A stretch of 64,000 bases of DNA from Syntrophorhabdaceae bacterium (GTDB lineage Bacteria > Desulfobacterota > Syntrophorhabdia > Syntrophorhabdales > Syntrophorhabdaceae). The position numbers and the translations under genes are program-made. Below are positions 37,560 through 46,551 of this stretch, piece after piece (the first letter of the stretch is position 1; each line of letters opens with the position of its first letter). The notes beneath the pieces were generated by a model, which saw only the letters and a program-made list of their open reading frames with translations, did no database searches and had not been told where the DNA came from. The stretch covers positions 736,001-800,000 of the forward strand of contig OY762209.1 of NCBI GenBank assembly GCA_963665295.1, read 5' to 3'.

Positions 37560-40277
37560 ATGCAGACTATCACACCGCTCACGAATGCGGGCGACGCGGC
37601 AAACTACTTCAAGAAGGACGATTACTACACACGAGACCAATCCGGGGGACGGGCCTGGATGGGGAAAGGTGCCCAGACACTCAACCTCAAAGAAGTGGAC
37701 CTCCCCACCTTCCAGGCGATACTCGAAGGAAAGGATTCCGAGGGTAACGTGCTTGTGGAAGCGGCTTCGAACGGCAAACACCGGGTAGGATGGGACCTGC
37801 ATTTTGCTCCATCGAAGAGCGTATCTCTCATATGGGCCTTCGGTACCGAGGAGCAGAGAGACCACATGATGGACTCTCACCACACAGCCGTTGAATCGGT
37901 CATGAAGTACGTGGAAGACAATCTTGTGGAAGCGCGAGGAAGAGTGGATGGCACGACCCGTCGCATGGGCACGGGCAACATGATCGCCGCCCGGTTCGAT
38001 CACTTCACTTCCCGCGAGATGGACCCACAGCTTCATTCTCACGTAGTAGTCGCCAACATGACCCAACGGAAGGATGGCAAGTGGCGGGCAGTTGCAAACG
38101 AGAAGATGTTCGCACGAGAGCTTCTCACCGCCATGTACGAGAACGAGCTTGCCGCAGAATTGAAGGAGAAGGGCTATACCGTCACCATGGCAAAGTACGA
38201 TACGGGCAACTCACGGTATGCCCGCATCGAGGGGATAGACGAAAGGATTGAAGACCACTTTTCGAAGAGACAAAGTCAGATCGACAGGGTCATAGCAGAC
38301 CTCAAAGAACGTTTACCCCTCGCCACGGCGGGCGAGCTCCGGCAGATGGCGTGCCTCGATACCCGCCAGGCGAAGAAGACCGTAGACCGTGAGGTGCTCC
38401 ACGATTCATGGGACCGCCAGCTTGAGAGCATCGGTTTTTCGAAAGAGCACATAACAGAATCTCTCGCGAAACAGGCGGAGCACCGGAAGCCCGAGGGAAT
38501 GGTCCTCACCGCTCAGGGTACCATCAAGATGGCCTCTTCGGCTCTTAACGAACAGGAGTCCACCTTCACCCGCGAGGATATCATGAAGACGGCAGCGAGG
38601 ATCTCCGGAGGCACTCACCGGAACAAAGCCCTTGAGGAAGCGTTTCTTCGGTTAAAAGGAAAGAGCATCGTCACCCTCGACAAGGACGCGGGGGTATACA
38701 CCACCAAGGAAATGACGGTAATAGAAAACGGCATCGTCACCGCAGTAGACGAGGGCCGGGGCACCATGCCCGCAGTCCTCAATGCTGCCCAGGTCCGGGA
38801 GCGGACCAGGGAACTCTACGACTATCTTACCGCAGATCAGAAGAAGGCCGTCGAACATATCCTCACCGCCCAGGACAGGGTGATCGGCATTCAGGGAGAC
38901 GCGGGCACCGGCAAGACCTCCATGCTCAATGCGGCGAGAGAGGAACTGGAGAAGAAAGGCTACACGGTAAGAGGCATGACCTTCACCGGCAAGGCAGCGA
39001 AGGAATTGCAGACCGGCGCAAGTGTCGAGTCGCAAACTCTCCACAGCTTCTTACCGAAGGTCCAGACGCCTGAGTTTACCTCCTCGCAGAAAGAAGCCTG
39101 GTTCATCGACGAGGTATCCATGGTCGGATCGAAGCAGATGGGAGAACTCATCCAGGCGGCAAGAGAAAAGAACGCGAGGGTCGTTCTGGTAGGAGATACG
39201 AAACAGCTTCAGTCCATAGAAGCCGGAAGGATGTTTCAGAAGCTTCAGGAAACTGGAGCGATGAAAACGGTCCACATGAAAGAGACACTCCGTCAGAAAG
39301 ATGAGGAGTACAAGCAGATCGTCGCTGACATCGCGGAGCGGAGAATAGACCGGGCGTTCACCAAAATGCAGGACCGCAACAAAGTGCATGAGATTGTGGA
39401 TGACCTGGAGAGAAGGGATGCAATAGTCAAGGAATTCGTCTCGCAGAAGGACCACGGGAACACCCTGGTCGTGACTCCTTTGAACAAGGATCGGAACAAC
39501 CTCAATGCCAACATCCGGAAGGCTCTCAAGGAGAAAGGCACACTGAAGGGTGAGGAGTACACGTTCATCGTACTCGAACCGAAGGCGATAGGACCGGCGG
39601 AGCGGCACTTCATAGAGTCCTATTCCCGGGGTGACGTGATCACCGCCGCGAAGGGAATGGAGGGGGTGAGGATCGGGACGAAAGGGAGGATCATGGAGGT
39701 TGATGTGCAGACCCACACCTTCACCCTGAGAACCGATACCGGGAAAACCGTAAGGGTCGACGTGGCCAAGCACGGCGACAGGCTCCGGGCTTTCGAGCCG
39801 AAACCCACCCGATTCACGCAGGGCGACAAGGTAGTCTTCCTGAATAACCAGCGAGCCCTTGGAGTACAAAACGGCCTTACCGGCGAGATCAAGAGTCTCG
39901 ACGAAAGAGGGAACATTACCGTGAAGTTGGACGCCGGGAAAGAGATTACCTGGAACATCCCGAGGGAGTACAACTACCTCGATCACGGATACGCGGTTAC
40001 CGATTACAAGAGCCAGGGGCAGACAAGCCGAAGAGTGATCTTCCACGCGAACACGGAGAAGCCCACATCCTATAATTCATTTTACGTCGCCATGACCAGA
40101 GGAAAAGACGACCTCAGGGTCTACACCAACGGTGCAGAGAGACTCCGGGAACAGGTCAAGAAGGAGATCACCAAAACATCGAGTCTGGATTACTCAACCA
40201 AGACTCTACCCAAGCCGCCGATTGAAAAGGCACCCGTCCGTGCCCCACAAATCCAGATAGGGAGGGAAGGAAGATGA
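37560..40277 (+). CDS. MOBF relaxase-helicase (TrwC/TraI-like)
   Basis: 'NYF..DDYY', 'WDLHFAPSKSVS', 'HFTSR..DPQLHSH' (HUH), helicase 'GDAGTGKT', 'IDEVSM', 'SQGQT', 'YVAMTR'. Confidence 0.93.
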   Translation: MQTITPLTNAGDAANYFKKDDYYTRDQSGGRAWMGKGAQTLNLKEVDLPTFQAILEGKDSEGNVLVEAASNGKHRVGWDLHFAPSKSVSLIWAFGTEEQRDHMMDSHHTAVESVMKYVEDNLVEARGRVDGTTRRMGTGNMIAARFDHFTSREMDPQLHSHVVVANMTQRKDGKWRAVANEKMFARELLTAMYENELAAELKEKGYTVTMAKYDTGNSRYARIEGIDERIEDHFSKRQSQIDRVIADLKERLPLATAGELRQMACLDTRQAKKTVDREVLHDSWDRQLESIGFSKEHITESLAKQAEHRKPEGMVLTAQGTIKMASSALNEQESTFTREDIMKTAARISGGTHRNKALEEAFLRLKGKSIVTLDKDAGVYTTKEMTVIENGIVTAVDEGRGTMPAVLNAAQVRERTRELYDYLTADQKKAVEHILTAQDRVIGIQGDAGTGKTSMLNAAREELEKKGYTVRGMTFTGKAAKELQTGASVESQTLHSFLPKVQTPEFTSSQKEAWFIDEVSMVGSKQMGELIQAAREKNARVVLVGDTKQLQSIEAGRMFQKLQETGAMKTVHMKETLRQKDEEYKQIVADIAERRIDRAFTKMQDRNKVHEIVDDLERRDAIVKEFVSQKDHGNTLVVTPLNKDRNNLNANIRKALKEKGTLKGEEYTFIVLEPKAIGPAERHFIESYSRGDVITAAKGMEGVRIGTKGRIMEVDVQTHTFTLRTDTGKTVRVDVAKHGDRLRAFEPKPTRFTQGDKVVFLNNQRALGVQNGLTGEIKSLDERGNITVKLDAGKEITWNIPREYNYLDHGYAVTDYKSQGQTSRRVIFHANTEKPTSYNSFYVAMTRGKDDLRVYTNGAERLREQVKKEITKTSSLDYSTKTLPKPPIEKAPVRAPQIQIGREGR

Positions 40278-40459
40278 AGACAAACGGCACCCCGGCACAA
40301 CTCAGGGAGAAGGCAAAGGAGCTTCTGGCTCAGGCAGACAAACTCGAAGAGCAGCAGATGATCAAGATAGGAAGACTGATCATGAAGCACTATGAAGAGG
40401 GTTTCAAGGTCTTCGATACAGAGAAGTTCACAAAAGAAATAGAGGAGGTACTGTCATGA
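40274..40459 (+). CDS. Small hypothetical protein
   Basis: 61 aa; overlaps the relaxase stop (ATGA); GGAAGG RBS. Confidence 0.55.
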   Translation: MKTNGTPAQLREKAKELLAQADKLEEQQMIKIGRLIMKHYEEGFKVFDTEKFTKEIEEVLS

Positions 40460-40721
40460 TCTTTACGTCAAAGAAGGAATCAAAACCGAAGAAGAAACGC
40501 CTTTCCAAGGTGACACTCTTCGTGCTCTTCGACCTCTACCGTAAGTCGAAACAACCCCCGTACGGCTTTTTGCCAAGCAAAAAGCGAACGATCTTTCGAT
40601 GAGTTGGGGCTTGCATGAAGGAGCCATTTTCACTCCCAGATCAAAAAAGGCAGTTGGGATGGGAGGGCCTGTCTCTCCCTTTCCCCGCCCGCCTGTATTT
40701 CATGCCCGTCGTGCGGTTGAT

Positions 40722-40910
40722 TGTTACACACCCAACGCAAAATGGAATGTTTGCAAGCCGTAGTACGGTCCCGGCGGAAAGCCTTGGTACCGGCAAGATC
40801 GCGGTACTACCGGCCTTCCCGGGTGAAGTACCGTGGGTCAATGCGACTGCGGAATTACTCGTCTTTCCGCCCATGGCGGTACTTCCGCTTTGTAGTACCG
40901 GTTGTACCGT
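40722..40910 (-). other. Origin of transfer (oriT); predicted nic between 40728 and 40727 on the minus strand
   Basis: Minus strand GCAAACATTCCATTTTGCGTTGGGTGT^GTAAC compared with F-plasmid nic TTTGCGTGGGGTGT^GG, with the GCAAA/TTTGC hairpin; GWWGTAC repeats alongside. Confidence 0.8.
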
Positions 40911-40934
40911 CAAAATTGACGAAAGGAGGGGCGC

Positions 40935-41141
40935 ATGAGAGTAGAAATAACCCGTGCCGACTGCAGGAAACTCGACTGCATCAGGGGGCCGATGAGCAGG
41001 GGGGAGTACGTTCGGTTTCTCATCGAGACCCGGTACGCGGAGGATGAGAAGGAATGGGACGAACGGATGAAACTCCACCGTGCAATTAAACGGGCGAAGT
41101 ACCTACTTGAACTCGCAGCCAAAAAGGAGGCAAAGGAATGA
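40935..41141 (+). CDS. Small RHH-like protein
   Basis: 'KLD.IRGPMSRGEYVRFLIE'; AGGAGG RBS. Confidence 0.6.
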   Translation: MRVEITRADCRKLDCIRGPMSRGEYVRFLIETRYAEDEKEWDERMKLHRAIKRAKYLLELAAKKEAKE

Positions 41142-41485
41142 AACACATTTCAGTCAAACTTACCGAGGAAGCATACGACAAACTGCAAATCCTCCGAGGG
41201 AGTAAAAGCACCTCGGACTATGTCCGTGATCTTCTTTTCTCCGATGAGAAGGCAGTGGGAAGGGAGACGGCGGTTTTCAAAAACCTCATGAACGATATCG
41301 CCGCCATGAAGGATGATATCGGCTCTCTCATGAAAGAGCTTCCGAACCACGAGGGCCTCCTCGCCGTGGCCGCATACCTCACCCACGCCATGTCCATCGG
41401 AAACCCCACCGCCTATGCCCACCGCACGAACGAGATGAAGGATCTTTTCCAGAAGGTCAGGGCGACCGTCAAGAACGGGAGATAG
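41138..41485 (+). CDS. RHH relaxosome accessory protein (TrwA-like position)
   Basis: 'HISVKLTEEAYDKL...RG..STSDYVRDLL'; lies between oriT and the coupling protein. Confidence 0.65.
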   Translation: MKHISVKLTEEAYDKLQILRGSKSTSDYVRDLLFSDEKAVGRETAVFKNLMNDIAAMKDDIGSLMKELPNHEGLLAVAAYLTHAMSIGNPTAYAHRTNEMKDLFQKVRATVKNGR

Positions 41486-41487
41486 CG

Positions 41488-43188
41488 ATGAAAAGCACGA
41501 ACTCGTACAAAGGATTCGAGACATGGTTCAATGGTCTTCGCATGGCGATCAAGATGCATTTTTATATCTTTTGTATATTCCTTGCCCTTCAGATTTTGAT
41601 CAGTATCACCGTGACATACTTTCTTCAGGGAAAGAGGTACTCTGCAGTAGGGAGATATCTACTCGACTCGGCGAAGGCATTTCAATCCCCCGATATGAAC
41701 ATCCTATGGCCTTACGTCACGTACCTCTTCTGGAACTTCGTGTGTGTCTTTGTGGCAAGTTCGGTGGTCTACTTCGGGTATCCTTTCGCGATTGCGCTGT
41801 TCAAGGGGAGGTCAAAGAGACAGCTGGAGACGAAACACCTTGCCGGGGTGGGACTCGCCAATGCCCAGGACTTTGTGAAGCAGATCGGGAAGGGAGACCT
41901 TCCGTTCGGGTCCTTCAGGCTTCCCGTGAAGGAGGAGACCAAGCACTGTCTCACCATCGGAAGACCAGGGACGGGGAAGACGGTCTTTCTTTCTCAGGTG
42001 GTAGAGAGACTCATAGAAAGAAATGCCAAGGGGGTGATCTATGACTTCAAAGGTGACTACGTTTCCCGGTTCTATGAGCCGAAGCGGGACATTCTCTTCA
42101 ACCCCCTCGACTGCAGGTCTGCGGGATGGAACCTTTTTTCCGACATCAAGACGAAGCTCGACATCAACGTCATGGCCTCATCGTTGATACCTCCGGTCTA
42201 CACGGGGGACACCTTTTGGAACGATGCGGCAAGGGGTGTCTTCTCGGGGATACTTCACTACCTATGGCAGCATGATCGGAGGACCAATTCGAACATATGG
42301 ACGGGCGTCACTGCACCGGGTGAGCGGATACACGAGTGGCTAAGACACACCCCCGAGGGTCAGACCGGGTTCCGTTACATCGAGGATGCGAGTTCTAAGC
42401 AGGCTCTCTCTGTCTTCGCCACCATGATGCAGTACACCGCCGCCTTCGAGTATATGTCGCAGGCAGAAAGCAACTTTTCGGTGACCGAGTGGCTCTCGAA
42501 TGCCAGACCGGGGTTCATCTTCGTGACGAATCAGTCGGACCTCAAGGACACGTTGAAACCTATCCTTTCCCTCTTCATCGACTTCCTCGGGAAGAAACTT
42601 CTCTCCCTTCCCGACGATCTTCAGCGGAGGGTCTTCTTCCTCCTCGATGAGTTCGGTACCCTTCAGAGGTTATCAAGCATCAAGGAGCTACTGATCGCTT
42701 CCCGGAGTAAAGGAGGTTCCTGCTGGATAGGGATACAGGACATCGGACAGCTTAACAAACTTTACACCCAGGACGTGGCCGACACGATTGTAAATGCCTG
42801 TGGGTCCTCCGTCATGTTCGCGGTGAGTGATCCCCGCACCGCCAAATACCTGGTCGACAAGATCGGAGACACGGAGATCATGGAGGCGGAGGAAACCTAT
42901 AGCATGGGAGTGGCGAACTACCGGGACGGGGTATCTCTCACCCAGAGAAGGAAGAGGCAGCGCCTCATACTCGACTCCGAACTGATGAACCTTCCAGACC
43001 TCCACGCATATGTGAAGGTGCCGAACAACCCGTCCGTTACTTTGAGTAGATTCGGGATAAGGGAATATCCGGCGAGAACAACCTCATTTGTAATCCGTGA
43101 CAACCTCTTGCTCGAAACAGTTATCGAGAGGCAGGCAGAAGCGACCTTAATGGAGGAACTCGTGCCCGGTGTTGTGGGTCGAGCGTGA
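41488..43188 (+). CDS. Type IV coupling protein (TrwB/TraD-like)
   Basis: Two N-terminal TMs, GRPGTGKT, 'IYDFKG', 'FNPLD.RS..WN', 'FLLDEF..L', 'GIQD..QL..LY'. Confidence 0.9.
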   Translation: MKSTNSYKGFETWFNGLRMAIKMHFYIFCIFLALQILISITVTYFLQGKRYSAVGRYLLDSAKAFQSPDMNILWPYVTYLFWNFVCVFVASSVVYFGYPFAIALFKGRSKRQLETKHLAGVGLANAQDFVKQIGKGDLPFGSFRLPVKEETKHCLTIGRPGTGKTVFLSQVVERLIERNAKGVIYDFKGDYVSRFYEPKRDILFNPLDCRSAGWNLFSDIKTKLDINVMASSLIPPVYTGDTFWNDAARGVFSGILHYLWQHDRRTNSNIWTGVTAPGERIHEWLRHTPEGQTGFRYIEDASSKQALSVFATMMQYTAAFEYMSQAESNFSVTEWLSNARPGFIFVTNQSDLKDTLKPILSLFIDFLGKKLLSLPDDLQRRVFFLLDEFGTLQRLSSIKELLIASRSKGGSCWIGIQDIGQLNKLYTQDVADTIVNACGSSVMFAVSDPRTAKYLVDKIGDTEIMEAEETYSMGVANYRDGVSLTQRRKRQRLILDSELMNLPDLHAYVKVPNNPSVTLSRFGIREYPARTTSFVIRDNLLLETVIERQAEATLMEELVPGVVGRA

Positions 43189-43308
43189 AGAGAGTCTCAC
43201 AAGCGGTCAATCGATTTCTTGGGCCTGCCCGGAATTGAAGGACAGGCCCTTCCTACCTTCATGGAAATCCCCGTCCTTAACAACAACAGCTCCCGTACTT
43301 GGTGGTTT

Positions 43309-43704
43309 GCCACCGTCAAGCAGTGCCCGTCTCCGGACTGCCTTGCAGACCGGAACAGTCACTCTTTGAGCGTGTGGCGTATTCCGCTTATCGGTGAAAG
43401 ATATCCCTGCCAGGCAGGAACACTTTTCTCCGATGCTCATTGCCCACCCACCCCTTGAGAACTGATATAAAGATCCTTTGAGAGTACAAGCCGGTGTGGT
43501 CACGAATTTGTGCAACAGGGCGTTGCACAATTAGCACTCTATTCTTCGCTCCATAAAGGTTTGCCTCTTGGCACCCGGCACGCCGCATACGTCATGTCCG
43601 GGTGCATGGAGGCAGCTATGGAATTCCGGATGATCTCTTCCTTTCTTTCCCCAGAACTTTGTGAGGGAAAGAAAGTTTTTTTAAGGGGGAGATTCCCTCA
43701 AATC
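43309..43704 (+). repeat. Structured non-coding leader, copy B
   Basis: Homologous to 14898-15100; CTTTCTTTCCC...GGGAAAGAAAG-T7 stem at about 43641-43682; also a 9-bp IR TTGTGCAAC-N5-GTTGCACAA at 43508-43530. Confidence 0.8.
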
Positions 43705-43725
43705 CAGGGAAAAGGAGGAGACAAG

Positions 43726-45169
43726 ATGGCCGGTAAGAGTGACAAGCCCATCCGTATCATCGTGGAGGTTTCCGGGGGAACGGTCCGGTCGATCCATTCC
43801 GACTCTGACATGATAACCATCGATGTTCTGGACTATGACAACATGCAATGCGCGGAAGGCGATCCGGAGGCGCGGGAAGAATATGAATACTACCTAGTGT
43901 CACGTCACTCCTCTAATGTCGGATAAAGCCGTCTGAGTTTTATTCGCGCATCCTTCGTGGTGAATTGCCAGTTTACTTTTGCCCGGAGATTATCCCTACG
44001 GGCTTGCCAGGCAGCAACTTCGGAGCGGACCTTGGCAATACTGTCGATCCGGCGGTCGAGGCATTGGTGAATGAGCACATTGAGTTCAATCTCCGCCATA
44101 TTGAGCCAGCTTCCGTGTTTGGGTGTGTAGACGAAGTCAAAGCGGTCCCAGATGCGCTTCGCTTCCTCGGGTGGAAAGGCTTCATAGAGGGAGCCGGGTT
44201 TGTGGGTGTTCAGGTTGTCCATGACGAGAGTGATCTTCTCGGCATCTTGATAACTGGAGACAATATCCCGGACGAATTCCGCCCAGTCGCACTTTGTTCT
44301 TCTCTCCGATACGTTCGTGAGACGGGTTCCCGCTAATGGCTCGTTGGCCATAAATATGGTGCAGACACCGCAGCGCTCATACTCGTAGTCATGACGTTCA
44401 AGGCGTCCGGGAGTTTGAGGAATGGGGGTACGGGTTTCTTTAATCAACTGCCGTGGCGTCTCATCCATGCAGACTACCGGGAACTTTGGATCATACGGAC
44501 GTTTATACACATCGAGCACACATTCCATGGCGGCGACAAAATCAGCATTGGCCTCCGGAGGGATGACCCACCCCTCTTGCTTCCAGGGTTTTGTTTCGTT
44601 TTTTTAAAACCCGACGCACGGTCTCATAGGATATGTTCCCGATATAATTGAGTGTCACCATTCGGTCTGCAAGCAACCGTAAAGTCCATCGGGCATACCC
44701 CTCGGGCGGTTCACTGCAGCTTAAGGCAATGAGATGGGCCTCGAAGTCGCCGTCGGCCTTCTTCTCGTAGACCCGGTCGGCCTTATGTCCGGTGAGGGCG
44801 GTATCAAGTCCTTCTTCCACGAACCGCTTCTTCACCCTGTCGATCTTCCGCATGCTGATCCTCAAGACGGCCGATATATCCTCATTCTTCATCCGATGAT
44901 CCTGAAACCGGCCCTCGTCGCAATTCAAAAGGATCAATGCATTAAGCACCTTCTGGGACTTATGATTGCCTTTCAGCACCACGCGTTCTAACTCCCTTCG
45001 CTCTTCTTGTTCGAGCGTCACCTTGTATTTCCTCATTCGGACCTCCCCATGGCTGAATGTTTGCCTTGGGGAGATTTTATACTATATCATACGACAATAC
45101 AAGTGTGACGTGACACTAGGCTTGGAGGAAGAATTGAAAGCCCTCAAAGTGAAGGAGGTGACGACATGA
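43726..45169 (+). pseudogene. Small acidic hypothetical protein split by IS630 copy C
   Basis: AGGAGG RBS; MAGKSDKPIRIIVEVSGG...EYYL|GLEEELKALKVKEVTT* is restored on IS removal. Confidence 0.7.
43897..45116 (-). mobile_element. IS630-family element, copy C (diverged relative of A and B)
   Basis: Same 1220-bp size, IRs and CTAG target; ORFs 44542-45036 and 43905-44528 are similar but not identical to those of A and B. Confidence 0.93.
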
Positions 45170-45570
45170 GCACCATGCTTATCGAGGATGAAAAGTTTGT
45201 CCGGATTTACAACAGCCTATGCCTTATGGACTCGGGGGGATGCGGCCTTGCCTTCATATGGAATTACCCTGAAGGATGGACGGAGAGCCTTGATGCTCAC
45301 TTCAAATCGTTTGTCCAAAACCTGAGACTGGCAAACGTAAACGCTTATAACGAGCGATACGAGGAGAATGAACCCGCCCGGATTCTTTCTTTCAAAGAAG
45401 GGCGTTCGTATGGCCTCATCGATCTTATCAAGGCGCTCCGTTCAATCAGCTACAACATAGACGATCAGGACATAAACAGATGTGCCGCCCTTCTTGAGAA
45501 GCTCATCAATTATGTCATGTGGCAGTACATTTCGGAATTGCCTGAATATCAGCAGTCAAAGGCGTGGTGA
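45166..45570 (+). CDS. Hypothetical protein (134 aa)
   Basis: AGGAGG RBS; ATGA overlap with the previous gene. Confidence 0.7.
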   Translation: MSTMLIEDEKFVRIYNSLCLMDSGGCGLAFIWNYPEGWTESLDAHFKSFVQNLRLANVNAYNERYEENEPARILSFKEGRSYGLIDLIKALRSISYNIDDQDINRCAALLEKLINYVMWQYISELPEYQQSKAW

Positions 45571-45613
45571 CGAGCAGGGGAGAGAGAGTCTTCTCCCCTC
45601 TGAATTTGAACAG

Positions 45614-45993
45614 ATGGGACTGAGCCCCGAGGATCTGAGCTACCGGGTAGTGAGGAATGCCCATTCAGGAACCAGCTTTTTACCGGAAGACAGAGCAAGA
45701 CAGGAACGGCAGGCATACTGTGAAGACATTCAGAACGTCTTCAAACTCTTTGCCGACATAATTACCCCGGACCAGGAAGCCCTCTTCCTGGAAGAGATGA
45801 CCAGGTACCGGAAAGGAAATCTGTCGAGGCGTGTTGACTATCTCTATGACCGTTCACGAGTGATATCTGCGATGATCACCTCAAGGAGAACGGTTTCAGA
45901 TGGGCACCATCCATCGGAGCATGGCAGAGGAGTCCGGCGGCAGCACAGAGGGCGAAGGAGATTGCAAACCTTGAGGGAAGGCGGGTATCATGA
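45614..45993 (+). pseudogene. Internally deleted phage/plasmid protein (DUF3560-like)
   Basis: N-terminal part 'AHSGTSF.PE.RA...SRVISAMIT' is joined out of frame to a C-terminal 'LKENGFRWAPSIGAWQR' motif at about 45880. Confidence 0.45.
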
Positions 45994-46178
45994 CAGTGAC
46001 CATACTCGAAAGCGCAGATAACGGAAGGCTAACACTCCAGGAGTCAACCTTGACCGATGGAAGCAAGGTCTACAGCGCCTTCATCCGGAGCGCGGAATTG
46101 CCATGTAGAAGCGAGGAAGCAGCAACCAGCCTCTTTCTTAAGCTGGCTGAAATGGTTGGTAATTTCGACATCATCTAG
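45990..46178 (+). CDS. Small hypothetical protein
   Basis: 62 aa; ATGA overlap with the preceding remnant. Confidence 0.5.
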   Translation: MTVTILESADNGRLTLQESTLTDGSKVYSAFIRSAELPCRSEEAATSLFLKLAEMVGNFDII

Positions 46179-46187
46179 AGCAGACAA

Positions 46188-46221
46188 CCGAGCCCGCCCG
46201 CAGGTTTGTGTGCGGGCTCGG
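46188..46221 (+). terminator. Hairpin closing the small-gene cluster
   Basis: CCGAGCCCGC-N14-GCGGGCTCGG; weak U tract. Confidence 0.4.
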
Positions 46222-46392
46222 ACCCTTCCGAGTACACGTTTTACGGCCCTTACAACCGGAAGCCATTCTCTCACCTCCATAACCCCCCCTCCCATGTTGC
46301 ACCCTCAAATGTTCCCTATGCCTGACACCAAGATTATCTGAGGCGGGCGTCCGACATTGCGAACCCTTTTGTAATCTTTCTCGCATTTGTAG

Positions 46393-46421
46393 TTGAAAAT
46401 GACCCTGATTTTAGAGATAAT
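46393..46421 (+). promoter_or_regulatory. Putative sigma70 promoter of the two-gene module
   Basis: TTGAAA, N17, GATAAT. Confidence 0.5.
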
Positions 46422-46551
46422 GAATTTGTGGGTAATGAGTCAACAAAACGGGATTATACGGAAATATTTTTGCCTTTTCAGATATTATACAGGACCAGCT
46501 CTGTATACCTAATTGGTTGGACAAGAAACACTTTTTGACAAAAGAGGGCAC

